Notes: a model not told the origin generated them from the letters alone. A DNA stretch of 63,416 nucleotides from Octopus bimaculoides (GCF_001194135.2 NC_068982.1:48900340-48963755), one strand, 5' to 3'. Positions 10,452-22,805 are shown, numbered from the stretch's first letter. Numbers and translations: made by a program.

Positions 10452-13400
10452 CTTTGTCATCTCATTTTCTTTCTTTTACACGCATGCACACAAACACACA
10501 TTCTCTCTCCCTCTCTTCCCTTTTCTCTCTTTCTTTCTTTCTTTCTCTTTCTCTCTCTATCTCTCTCTCTCTCTCTCTCACACACACAGATAAATATACA
10601 TATGTAGTTTATATGTATTTATGCTTGGCAACCGGTGTTGGTTTGTTTACCGCCTTGCTACACAATGGTTCGGCAAAAAGATACCGAAAGAGTATATATG
10701 ACACTTTAAAAATAAGTAATAGGACTGAATTGTTCGACTTAATAATTCAAGGCGTTGCAATAACCACTGTCCCATGATGGAAGCAAGTAAAAGAGTAAAT
10801 AACTTTGATAACTTAGATATGTTTCGGCCAAAGATTGGCCCTGGCCACGTCTAACTAAACAGCCCTACTTGACAGAATTTTCTAATTCATTTTTAAACTC
10901 AAGTTTTGTGGTATCATGGCCCATTCAAGTACAGAGTTATATCAAGGTTTAGGTTGCTTATCTGGTATCCCTTGAAGAAATTTGCCCAGGTTCCGTTTCA
11001 AGGTGATAGGTGATGAAAGAATCAAACAATAAAAATTCTCCTTCTTGTTCATTTTGGATGAGATGTTCATATCTGCTGGCAGCTAGCCTCTATGACTGTT
11101 TATGTGTGAATGTAAATACATATATAAATATATATACATATATACATTAGTTTCACAGTGGTCAGCAGAAAGGAATTTTAAAAGATACTGACGAGAATGA
11201 AGAAGCTCGTAAGCATGTAGTCTTTCAGATTGCTCTCTTTCTGTCCACGATGAAGCTGCATAAACATAACAGCCGTTTAAGGCCGCCCAGAATATATTTA
11301 ATTGATTTTAATTAGTCTACACATGGAGTGGCGGTTAAAATATTTGGGTTTGTCCCATAGTAAACTCTGTGTGCACGTGTGAATGTGTGTGTCTGTTTGA
11401 GGCTTTGGATACGTCACATGAAAAAAAAATGTGTTGTAGGTTAGCCAAGGGTTGAAAAGTAAATAGCTATTTTACATTTTCGAACTAAGAGAAACGTGTT
11501 CATACAAAGAATTCTGAAATGAGGAAGAACTAACAGGTTTCATTTTAATTATACTCTTTCAAAAGAGGTCTTTTTGTTTTGGCAAGCATCGATTTGCTTG
11601 AAAATGTGAAAGCACCCATGCTCTTACACATGCGCGTATACAAGTATATGATTTGCACATATACAAGTATATGATTTGCACAATTCATATTATAAGAACG
11701 TGTATGTGCGTACAGATACGTACATACGCATACGCAAGTGTATAATTTACAAAATACATACAAGAACGTGTGTGCATACACACACACGCACACACACACA
11801 CCTATATGTATATACGACTGTGTTAGACTTTATATATGTATGATATAGTTGTGTGGTAATGTATTTAACAATCATCATTCAATATTGTTTAAATTGAGAA
11901 CTTATTCTCATCGGCGCATTATTGAGAGGAGAAAAAACTCCAGTCTTAAACAATGACTAATAGAATAGAAAAAGAAGCAGCCCCATTCTCACCCTAAACC
12001 ACATTCCTTTGTGTTATAGGAACCCCTCCCCAACATCCTTATTATCATTTTATCGTTATCTTTAAAGCCAACATTATTATCGGCGTCAACAAAATCAATA
12101 GAAACAACTTGAAGAAGGCAAAATCTTGAAGACGGAATTTCTGCAACTACTTGATCCCATCTTTGACTTTATATCTTGTAAGGAAGTACTGTAGTGAGAA
12201 TCGATTACTCAGTATGGTAGCTATGGTAACTATAGTGATATGGAGGGTTCTTGACAATTGTTCAGAGCTAAAGTTTCAAAACCAGCAAACATTACAATCT
12301 GTCTTACTTAATTATTTTGCAGAGTTTAAACCGTTGGAGGCTACCACTTATGATTCCAAAATGTCTAGATTTTTCACTTGGGAAATTCCATGAGTATATT
12401 GTCCACTTTTAACTATCTGATAAGTTTATACAATGAAGGAAATGAAGAATACTTAGCGTGGCGCAATCTATTTACTCTGGTAATACAGATCTTTAGTGGC
12501 AGATTATTATTCCACAAAACATCACGTTGGTGTTTTGCTCTAAGCCATCTTTGATCGAATAAATCTACCATCAAAGACGTTCCAGCTGTCAGAGCTATTT
12601 TTGCATATCTGAGGCCATATTGCTTAATATATCCTTCTGTTTTCAAGATGACAGAGAGTTATTTGATGGAGACTTTGCTGCTATTTCAGGTAGGTCGAGT
12701 GCTAACGTAGGGACTCTTACGATGTCTCGTAACAAGTTTAAATACAAGCAGTTAATTTAATGTTATAATATTAGATTACTTAGTTCTACTCGTAGAATTT
12801 CGAAGAATTCGAATCGTAAAATTCTCTAGAGTACAATTTCTAAAGTATTCTAATTCGAAGTTGTTAAAATGAACACCAGTAACTAAATCAACGGTGTTTG
12901 GTTCTGACCATTTGGTGTTGATTTTACGTGATAGAATTTGGGTTAGTTGTTATTTGACTCGACCTTATTTGAAATTTGTAATACACTTGTTTAGCCTCGG
13001 TTCAGTATGGACTGTGCTGTCCTTATGATCAAATGCGTTCTAGTTACTATTATCCCAAATCTTTTGCGTATCCAAAACCACTACTTTTTTCCCGAACTGT
13101 TTTTTCTATTTTATAAACAGTAGGCTGTAATTAATTTGAGCGAGATTTAGCTGTTTTTCCAGCAAGTCGAACAATCAAGGCTTTCTGGTTAACACGTCAT
13201 TACTACGAAGAAAATAGAACTTGGTGTTTATTTAATAGCTCCACATCTCAAAAGCTTGATTTAACCTAGCTCCCCATCCATCTACCTACTGGAGATCTAC
13301 ATTGCATTTTGATTTTTACAAATGATAAATTCTGAAGAAGATTTGACAATAATTCCTAGTTTTTTAATCGAAATTATATGCTTCTTTTCTCCACTTTGCT

Positions 13401-15736
13401 ATTATGTGTTCTTTTTTATGAAATCTAAAATAGATTCTGGAGTATATATTCACATTTTTTAAACTCATAATCGAAAGAAAAATATTCGTTAAGTGTTGCA
13501 GAACATATATTTGTACAAGGTTGGGGGTTTTTAATTAATGGGAATACTGATTTATCAACGTTTAACACAGATCTTTATTTAATAACTTTTCAGTGAAATA
13601 TGGTTGGATATTGAATTCTTAAAAGAAAAAGACATCAAGATAGAAATCGTTATGTCATACGAATAAAAGTTACTTTCTGAGTTCAAATTCCGCCATGGTT
13701 CTCTTTGTCTTTCATCGATCCAAAATCGATAATATTAAGTACTAGTCAAGTAGTAGGGAAGTGTAATCGATTATACCCACCCCACTGCTATGTTCGAAAT
13801 ATCTATTTCAAAAATATATGTACAGTGAAAACAACAAAGAATGGAAGAAAAAAATAAGAATGTGATTCATTATAGAAAAATGTTAAGAATAAGATAAACT
13901 AGCTCATCGACGAATAAACATGGAAGAAAAAAATTTGTATAACTGTAATAAAGATAAAAGATGAAAGAACGGATTTCAGTAGATCTAAAGATTTATATTC
14001 ATTCTGACTATACAGAGTGCAGAAGATAAAAATAGATTAAAGTAAAAGAGAACAGATAAAGATAGAAAGGGTAGTTAAGAGAAACAAAATATATGGTAAA
14101 AGGAAGAAAGTGATTTAAGAGGAAAATTGTTCTTGAACAACATAAATCGGGAATGGAAAAGATATACGTATATGCATATAGAAACTAATGAATTTTGAAT
14201 TCTGCGACAGGAATAGAATTACATGTCTCTCAACAGGGTTGGATACTGAGAGAGCAAAAGAAAAACAAAAATATTTCTGTTTTAGATTAAATAAATTATC
14301 TCACATGAAGGATTAGTTCACAACATAACTTTCTGAAGTGATTTGTTTCTGAATTAATTCATTATTGAAAAATTCGACAGATTAAAAGCATGTATCGTAT
14401 TCCATCTATCATCGGTACATTGAAGAATGTTTTGCTATCAACAGCATGGAAATGATTGGCAAATTATTGCGAAAACGATATGAGAAAAAGTAGATTTTTA
14501 ACTTTGAACAACAAGCAAAAGAGCTGCTCCACTTCTAAGCCAAACGATCACATAAATATGTAACTACTAATTTTCGACCATCTTTGCATTCGTTTGTCAT
14601 AGCAATTCTGATCAGTATTTTTATCATGATCGTTTTAAGAATAGAATATTCAACCATTTTTCTCTGAAATTTCATTAAAGGCCCGCGTTTAAAGGTTGAT
14701 AAACCAATATTTCAATTAATTTAAAAAAGTATTTCATTCGATTGGATTCATATGTCGTTTGAACTTCTTTGGTATGTAGCAATGAACAGGACGGAGTTTG
14801 AACTGTGTAAAACAATAAACCCCAAACCAGGCGTCGTCTTAAATACTGAATAAACAATTCGAATCTTAATATGTTGTGGTTTCGAAGTCACCAATGAGAT
14901 AGAGAACAGCCTAAAACTAACGTGTAGCGCATACTGTCCTACCACTCAATATTTTCTACCGAAACTTGGCAGATATGTTTGGGAAGATGGATTAACAATA
15001 TCGTGAGATTACTTGGGTTTCTCGTGTCGAGCTGGCTAATGATGGTCTATTTTAAACATCTGAGTCGCCATTCTGATCAATATTTTTGTCATGACTATTT
15101 TTCTTTTAAGAATAGAATATTCAACCATATTTCACCAAGATTTTATTAAAGTACCATTATGGCAGTTGACTTACTTTCGTTTCCGATCGCATGTAGATCG
15201 CGAGGGTATCATGTGTACAAACCCCAATTTCAACTTATCAAGGCTAATTGTTCACGTGATATTTTCGAGAAAGTTCTTTGAGCGATGGCATTATAAACGG
15301 CCGTTTTTGGTGCGATTAAGCAAGGGGAATTCGGATCCCGTCCATTACGGTCTCTCCTTGAATTTCTCTCTCAAACCTGTTTACACGGTTTCATACTCAA
15401 ACCAGCGCGATTTTCTTAGTAACTATTTTCACAGCTCTATACCAACTCAGAGATGATGAAGAATCAACTCCATGCGTTTTTACAGCAATGTGAAAATCAG
15501 TTTAACCATTAGTTACCTGAGAAGATTTTTTCAATTCTTGTAAATATAACTTGACGTTGTCTGTCTTTCATGAAGCCTTGTATTGGGTCATCTCATAAAT
15601 AATGCGGTTTTTTCAATTGCATGAACTTAAAGTCGAAGGGGGACGGGATAAACTATCTGCATCAATATTTATGAGATGAGGAATTATGTACATTATTTAC
15701 AATTGACGGATATTTGTCCTCATCTTGTTTCTTGTT

Positions 15737-15784
15737 AAGACAACGTTTCAGCTGATATACCCTCCAGCCTTCATCAGGCGTCTT
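15737..15784 (-). ncRNA. Minimal type I hammerhead ribozyme-like motif with intact core
   Basis: aagacgc-CTGATGA-a-GGCTG-gagggtatat-CAGCT-GAAA-CG-TT-gtctt: intact core, helix II, 2 bp palindromic helix III and a U-H site. Helix I is imperfect in this copy. This matches the minimal motifs described in Penelope-like element termini. Confidence 0.7.
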
Positions 15785-15837
15785 GGGGAAATTTAGAACC
15801 TGGGTTTTCATTCCTGAGGTATTTTCCGATGTTGTTG

Positions 15838-15885
<48 letters not shown>

Positions 15886-16030
15886 TCACTGCCTGTAATC
15901 GAACTCGGAATCTTGGGAGTTAGTAGCCCGCGCTCTTAACCACTACACCATATGCTCATGAGCATATGGTGTAGTGGTTAAGAGTGCGGGCTATTAACCC
16001 CAAGATTCCGAGTTCGATTCCAGGCAGTGA

Positions 16031-16066
<36 letters not shown>

Positions 16067-16124
16067 CAACAACAACATCGAAAAAATACCTTAGAAATGA
16101 GAACCCAGGTTTGAAATTTCCCCG

Positions 16125-16172
16125 AAGACACCTGATGAAGGCTAGAGGGTATATCAGCCGAAATGCTGTGTT
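16125..16172 (+). ncRNA. Minimal hammerhead-like motif with a mutated cleavage site
   Basis: GACAC-CTGATGA-a-GGCT-agagggtatatc-AGCC-GAAA-TG-CT-GTGTT: helices I and II pair, but the conserved U16.1 is C. Confidence 0.6.
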
Positions 16173-16339
16173 AACAACAAACAAGATGAGGGCAAATATC
16201 CGTCAATTGTAAATAATGTAAATAATATACCTGCATCAACTTGCTATAAAAACCGGTTGTAATTTTACCTTGTACTTATTCTTAGTTCAAGTTTTAAAGA
16301 GTGCAGTTCGATTTTAACAGTCATTTTTCCAAAGCTATA

Positions 16340-16826
16340 ATGGTAGTAACAGAGGAGCACATTCGGCATATTTTACTTTATGAGTTCAATAAAGGCAGCA
16401 ATGCAACCGAAAGTGTGAGGAATATTAATGCAGTATATGGATAAGCCATTGTCAAAGGTAGTTCCAGAAATTCGGAACCGGAACTACAGCCTAGAAGACA
16501 AGTCTCATCCTGGAAGATCTGTAGAGCTCGACGAGGACATCATGCAAACTCTAGTGGGACAAAATACCGTCGTAATTGTTGAGGAACTAGCAGAGAACCT
16601 GTATGCCATCGGAAAAGTCAGCAAATTGGGTTGATGGATTCCTCACAAACTTTCTAAGTCTAATCGCGCGCAGAGAGTGAATGTGTGCTCTTTTTTGCTG
16701 TTACGTCTCACGAATGAACCTTTTTTGGACCGAAAAATGACTGGTGACGAGAAATGGTTTCTCTATAAAAATGTCAAGTGCCAAAGAGAGTGGGTAGGGA
16801 AAGGAGAAACACTGGCACCCCAGTCA
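16340..16826 (+). pseudogene. Mariner transposase 5' remnant
   Basis: MVVTEEHIRHILLYEFNKGSNATESVRNINAVY; SLEDKSHPGRS; *WIPHKL (WVPHEL-like); MTGDEKWFLYKN (first catalytic Asp). Confidence 0.9.
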
Positions 16827-16919
16827 TACGCATCATAATGTATATGTGTTGAGAAGAATTCTTAGGGGTTTGAATAATTCACCTCTGGAAACATCGGTGT
16901 TTTGTTCATCATCCTTAAA

Positions 16920-17165
16920 CAAACTTTATTCAGGGACCTTTTAAGCTGGATGGGCTACCAGACCTGAAGAAAATTCTAACTGGGCCCCACCTGCAAGGTC
17001 ATGTGACGTTTGTCTTGATATAAGACCGCCATGTTGTGCACATATGGTTGTGATGCATGTGCTTGGTGTACTCTTATCAGATGGGTATATTGGGCTTCAT
17101 ATATTTGTACCCTAGCGTCACTTTGATGGCATGTGCTACTCTCTCACTCAATAAAAAAAATAATA
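16920..17165 (+). mobile_element. LINE 3' end with A/(AAT) tail
   Basis: Ends gtcactttgatggcatgtgctactctctcactcaataaaaaaaataataat; recalled as an octopus LINE 3' UTR. Confidence 0.55.
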
Positions 17166-17169
17166 ATAA

Positions 17170-17367
17170 ACTACCAACTTGGCTCTAAATGATTGGTACA
17201 AATGTAAAGATAGAACACCTACAAATATCAGCATTGCTTGGAACTGCAAGAATTCTTTTCAGGATTCTTGAAGCATGAACAGTAAACAAGTGTCACCTTA
17301 GTCTGCTGGCTGTGGACAGTTGACACTTTCTCTTACACCCAGCAAAATAAGCCAAAAGTTTTCATCA

Positions 17368-17402
<35 letters not shown>

Positions 17403-17410
17403 TGATAATG

Positions 17411-17458
<48 letters not shown>

Positions 17459-17655
17459 TCGGAATAGAATACCCAGTAGAACTGTTACAAAGGATTGCCT
17501 CCTTGGCATAGCCAGAGTAATCAGGAAAATATTAGATAGTTGAAAAGAACAGATAGCATAGAACTATAGGCTCCAGGCAGCAAGCCTGCTATGCATACAA
17601 GACCCCAGGACTTCCAACAAAACCTGAGTTAAAAAGAACAATAATAATAATAATG
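17170..17655 (+). mobile_element. Two 3' fragments of R4/Dong-like (RLE) non-LTR elements separated by an (AAT)n array
   Basis: IEHLQISALLGTARILFRILEA* at about 17210-17280. The piece at 17459-17655 (...LLGIARVIRKILDS*) is homologous to the minus copy at 22806-23000. (AAT)n spans 17368-17457. Confidence 0.75.
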
Positions 17656-17789
17656 AAAATCCATTCTACTTTATGCACAAGGCCAGATATTTTGGGGAAG
17701 TGGAACTCACAATTATCAACTCCGAAAGGATGAATGGCAAAGTTGTCATTAACGAATTCAAACTCAGAATGCTAAGAGTTTGAAAAAAT

Positions 17790-18065
17790 GCTGCCAAAAA
17801 TTTTGTCTGGCATGCTAACAATTCTACCTGCTCACCAATAACGATAATAACAATCCTTTCTATTGAAGGCACAAAGCCTGAAACTTTGGAGGAGGAGACT
17901 AGTTGATTACATTGACCCAAGTGTTTCACTGGTACTTAATTTATTGACCCCAAAAGGAAGAAGGGTAAAGTCGACATCAGTAGAATTTGAATGCAGAACA
18001 TAAAGATGGACAAAATGCCATTAAGCATTTTGCCCAGCATGTGAATGATTCTGTCACTTCACCAA
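17790..18065 (-). mobile_element. SINE family B copies
   Basis: Reverse complement of ttctgagttcaaattctgc...gactttgcctttcatcctttcggggtcgataaattaagtaccag. Confidence 0.8.
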
Positions 18066-18079
18066 TTTAATAATAATAA

Positions 18080-18700
18080 TGGCTTAGAATAGATACCAAA
18101 AACAAAAAAAAAAAAATTGTTGACATAAGATTGCTGCAACAATACACTGGAACTTTTGCAGGAAATTTAGTTTTGCACGTATGAAAAAAAAATGCTATTC
18201 TCATTTTGTGATAACAGAAATGCAAGCCCTTGAAAACTCTAGACAGTGGCCATCGTATGTCTTTTCTATACAAAACAAAAGAACAATTGAACACAAGAGA
18301 CCGGATATTGCAGTTGTCAACCAGAAGAAGAAACTATGTTTTTAATCAATGTCATGTCCCTGTTTAACACCAGAGTCAGAAGAAAGGAAACAATAAAAAA
18401 AGAGTTCAATGTTGATTTGAAGGATGAAGTCCTCAAGTGTTGGAGGAGAAGTTAACAAAGTCATGCTACTGCTGATTATTATTGGAGCCTTAGGGACAGT
18501 GAGAGAAAGTCTGAGAACAAAACTTAACAGACTTGATCTTAATCAAGAATAGATGCAAGGGAGAAAGCATGTTTGCTAGGTTCAGCAGCAAGTATTTAAA
18601 ATGTTCTCAACACAATATAAGAACAGATATGAAGAGCACCATAAAAGTTTTCTTACAAAAGACACAAAATTCTCCTCATCCCAGATCATGAATTGTTGTC
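18080..18700 (+). pseudogene. R4/Dong-like restriction-like endonuclease domain remnant
   Basis: IQNKRTIEHKRPDIAVVNQKKKLC (PD motif), IIIGALGTV, KACLLGSA; frameshifted. Confidence 0.8.
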
Positions 18701-18728
18701 TGCCTACGCATTGGCGTACATATATATA

Positions 18729-19516
18729 CTAGTAGCTAAACCCGGTTTCACCCGGCCTGTTTTGATGATGTGGCTGTGATCGTTTTCGGTTAGGCATAAT
18801 CTATAACAGCCTTTCTCAACCTTATCATTTCGGGTCCCCTGTTTCGATTGGAGCCTCTAGCTGTATGAAGATTTCATTACCCCACCCCCTGTCAGAAAAT
18901 AGCTTCAGGAGTTGTGAAGAAAGAATTTGTATGTAGTCTGTTTCTGAGAGCTATTCTATTGGACGTCTGTCTAATCATTAAAACATTTATTTAATTATGA
19001 ACATAGAAAGAAATTATACATTAANNNNNNNNNNTGTGTGTCATTGACTTACGTTGGCTGGCACAGCAAGTATGAAGCTTTTGAAGTGGCAGATGACTGG
19101 GGTGATTTGGAAGATGTGAAGAAATGCCATCTTTTCAGTGGAGCGCTTCTTTGTAGGTAACGTTTCTCGTTTTCCATTCTGATGCACAAATGTATAGACT
19201 TTGTGGCCTGCCAACATGGGAGCATCCAACGTAATGTTGACCATGAGAGAACACTTGCTCTGTGAGATTTAAACCAACCATTTGCATTGATTAACCCTGT
19301 GCCTTATTTATTGCCATTGCAAAGAGAGTTTGATAGGAAATTGATGCCGCTTAAACTCGTAGACCATATCGGAGGGAGGGAGGGACATTGGAGTTATAAG
19401 AACATCTTCACCAGTGGTCGGTCCATTCAAGATGGTTGCCTGTAGAACTCGGGAATATGAATTTTGATTACCATGCACGTGTCGTTACACATTATTGGAG
19501 CATCCAAATTCCGCAG
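18729..19516 (-). mobile_element. Helitron 3' part: PIF1-like helicase C-terminus, 3' region, hairpin and CTAG end
   Basis: Minus strand: LRNLDAPIMCN; ATILNGPTTGEDVLIT; YEFKRHQFPIKL; FAMAINKAQG*S; VFSHGQHYVGCSHVG; stop at 19135-19137. The end reads ccgg-gtgaaa-ccgg...gctaCTAG|T (CTAG 18729-18732). Confidence 0.9.
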
Positions 19517-19531
19517 TATCATGATGGGCGC

Positions 19532-19748
19532 CCCTCCTCAGAAGTTTCCAGGAAGTAATTCCTCCCGCTCATCGGAACTTTTCAGGAATTAATTCGTCAC
19601 CCTCCTCAGAACGTTCCAGGAAGTAATTCCTCCTCGGACCTTTCCAGGAAGTAATACTTCCACATCTTCTCCTTCCTCGGAACTTTCCAGGAAGTAATAC
19701 TTCCACATCTTCTCCTTCCTCGGAACTTTCCAGGAAGTAATTCCTCCC
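19532..19748 (+). repeat. Minisatellite with six copies of a 24 bp core (cctcggaactttccaggaagtaat) and variable linkers
   Basis: Includes a 43 bp unit repeated in tandem; five cores contain TTCCAGGAA. Confidence 0.9.
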
Positions 19749-19770
19749 ATTCCTCTCCTGCATTGGAACT

Positions 19771-20231
19771 TTCTGAGTTCAAATTCTGAGTCCAAAGTTG
19801 GCTTCATCATTCAACCTTTCAAGGTTGATAAAAATAAGCATTTCTGTGTATTTTTCATTATTCTTGTATTATTTTGAACCTAAGGAAGTCAGATGTACTC
19901 TACTGTTGAAAAATTGTCCAAATAAACAAAGACAATCTTTTTTTTCTTTATCGTTAAACACTGGGCTCTTCTAATCGAGTATCTATTTTCATGAAGAATA
20001 TTGTCGATCTTCGAAAATTATCAAACATAAGTACTGATGAGAGTTGTAATAATGAATCAAAAGTAATAATTCTTCCTACTCTGGACACAAAGCTATGAAT
20101 TTTTGAAAGGAAGGAACGAGTTGACCATTACTTATTTTTATTGACCCCAGTAATTCACTAGTGTTTATTTTTATCAACCTTGAAAGGATGAATGATGAAG
20201 CCAAATTTGGACTCAGAATTTGAACTCAGAA
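19771..20231. repeat. Inverted pair of SINE family B fragments (19771-19840 plus, 20162-20231 minus)
   Basis: About 70 bp arms with about 3 mismatches that share atypical bases. Confidence 0.85.
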
Positions 20232-20305
20232 TGCAAAAACCTGGAGGAAATATCATTCAGATTTTGTCTGACATGCTAATAATTCAGCCAGCGCACCATC
20301 TTTAA

Positions 20306-20552
20306 CCCTTTAGCATTTAAACTGGCCATATCTGGCTGGTTTAAATTCTACTTGTTTTATGTTCAAAATATTCCACTTCCTTTAGCTTCAAACTGACCAG
20401 ATCTGGCCTCTCATACCTACCTTAAAATGTCATTTTAAACATAAACAATCATGTCATCGAAATCTCAAGGATACAAGATAATGCATGGTTAATTCAAAAC
20501 AATGTCGATAAATATGCATTATGCTTGACAGAGTAATCAGAACACTAAAGAG
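20306..20552. mobile_element. piggyBac-type MITE
   Basis: TTAA|CCCTTTAG...CTAAAGAG|TTAA; family copies at 53592-53800 and 56849-57447. Confidence 0.85.
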
Positions 20553-21304
20553 TTAAAAGGAAATGCCATGATAAAAGAATAAAAAAATAATGGTTGCAAA
20601 AAGAAACTGACAGGCTAATGAATCTGCTAGCTCACTGCCTTTAAAATAAAAGTGGTAATAAAAGAATAAAAATAATGATTCAAAACACTGCTAATTAGCA
20701 TAAATACTTGTCAAAACTAATAATGATAATAACAACAATATTGTTATTAACAATGTTTTATGCTACACATTTATCTGTTCTATTAACTCCGGATAAATAA
20801 CAGGCAGAATCACAGATCAGAGGATTTTAATTCAGAATGAGTCACATACAGTATCAAATAATCCATAATCTGAATGAAATCCATCACTCAACAACTTGGC
20901 TGTTACAAATAATACTGACAGATTCTATCAGAAATGGAAATGAAGTAATTCAAATATTAAAATCATGTACTAAATAAATACTGAGTATTATATTGTACAA
21001 CTGACTGAAACAGATTTATGCTTATGATAATTCTGGTTGCTAGGTCAGTTGTATCCTATCATCAAATACTATTTTCATTAACAACTCTTTTAACCCGTGA
21101 TGGCTCAGTCAATGTAGATGTAAATAAGTACTGCAGGATGTTATTACAATATATTAGGAGTCAACAAGGGAACTTCTGCATGGTTTTTCAACCTGAAAAC
21201 AATAAATCAAAATTTCCTTCAATCACACTTTATTGTCCTAAATAAAAAGAGGATGTAGAATGTATCCTTAAAACATCACTAAAATGATGGATGATCATAC
21301 TGGA

Positions 21305-22080
21305 AAGATTTAGCTGAAAAATCAACCATAGTACTTATTGTTTAAAGTCTAGTACTTATTCTGTTAATCTCTTTAGATAAACTGTGAAGTTATGGGAACA
21401 TCAACAAACAAACACCTGTTGTCAGACATAAATACAAAGACACATACAGTGTAGCTGTATGGTAAGAAGTTTGCTTCCCAACCACATGGTTCTGGGCTCA
21501 GTCCCACAACATGACACCTTGGGCAAGAGTGTTCTACTATAGCTCTGGCCTGACCAAAGTCCTGTGAGTGGATTTGATAGATGGAAACTGAAAGAATCCT
21601 TTCATATACATTTATGAAACTGTATGTGTATCTAAGTGTATATATGTCTTGTGTCTGTGATTACCCACCACTGCTATTTGACAGCTGGTATTGGTGTGTT
21701 TAGTTCTCAATAACTTAGCAGTTCAGCAAAAGAGAGCAATAGAATAAGTACTAGGCTTAAAGAAATTTAGTACTATGTTTGATTCATTCAATGAAAGTTC
21801 TTCAAGGCTATGCCCCAGCATTGCTGCAGTCTAATGACTGAAACAAGTAATATATATGTATATATGATGAGCTTCTATCTACCAAATTCACTCACACACT
21901 TTATTGTCCTAAATAAAAAGAGGATGTAGAATGTACCCTTAAAATATCACTAAAATGATGGATGATCATACTGGGGCTAAGTTAAAGACACTTACTCATG
22001 GTGCCATGCAGTGGGACTGCATCCCAAAACACATGGTTGCAAAGCTACCTTCTTCACCACACAGCCATGCCAGTGCCTTT
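21305..22080. mobile_element. Nested SINE family A copies: plus copy about 21445-21850 between minus-strand pieces
   Basis: Minus-strand tail piece at 21305-21430, plus-strand near full copy, then minus-strand body and head at 21870-22080. Confidence 0.75.
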
Positions 22081-22805
22081 TATAGATATTTCCTTTATTG
22101 GAAGTATTTGTTTTCAAACTGAAAAATGTTCAAGTTCCTGTATTTTCTTAAGGAACTTTCTATTATTCTTTCTCATATGATTTCACCAATAATGAAGAAT
22201 TCTAAATTCCTCTAAATGCTGCTGTTTACTTAGAAACATTAATTTCAAATATTGGCTTTAATAGAGAATATAAATAATTTAAGTTAACATAGAAGAGGTT
22301 TAGAGACCTGATTTTCTAGAGCATAAAGCAAATGGTAATAAAATCTCCCTAAAACTCTACAGTAATTAAATTCAGTAAAGATTCTGGGATACATTTCTAA
22401 AAGCTAGAGTAACTGAAGTATTATACAAAGCTTTCTATCCAGAGACCTGATGAAATCCTACTTTAGATCTGAATTTATGAATCCAGAAGATAAACATCCA
22501 GTAGTCCAATATCATGCTCACTCTACCTCTTCTAACTGTAATAGACTATTTCCGACACTGTATTTGATGGCATAAAAGATGCATGGGTATTTTAGATGTA
22601 GCCAGATTTATCAGTACATATGCAGGAAATATTGGAGGACAAACTTTGCATTTAAGATTCAGAATGATATTTTTGAGCTCTCTGTTTTTGAAAAAAAAGG
22701 GATATCTTATATGCCATAAAATACAAAAGTTCAGCATCTTAAATATTAAAATATATCTTTGTGTGGAAAACAAAGTAATATTTTACACAACAGATGTGGC
22801 TTCTC

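Larger units (their letters stand above)
15683..16226. mobile_element. Zero-spacer palindrome of two tRNA-headed, hammerhead-tailed units
   Basis: Axis between 15958 and 15959 (catatgctca|tgagcatatg); arms of 276 and 268 bp. Each arm, read outward: TGGTGTAGTGG A-box-like, GAGTTCGATT B-box, (AAT)n(AAC)n, then CTGATGA..GAAA. Confidence 0.92.

Noticed and set aside
11637-11682. 23 bp perfect tandem duplication (also a 13 bp one near 53225)
   Set aside because: Ordinary slippage duplication.
12413-12690. 77 aa minus ORF and a 42 nt plus-strand exon-like segment (ttttcaag|...CAG|GTAGGT)
   Set aside because: The ORF resembles no protein I know, and the exon-like part matches an old SINE tail also seen near 13140 and 29030.
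15895-16035. Possible tRNA genes at the palindrome centre
   Set aside because: No acceptor stem, anticodon loops differ between arms (ACT versus ATT), and each is embedded in a repeat unit; SINE-type head only.
19532-19748. Repeat-spacer pattern resembling a CRISPR array
   Set aside because: Eukaryotic context, linkers are short, unequal and partly duplicated, and no cas genes; it is a minisatellite.
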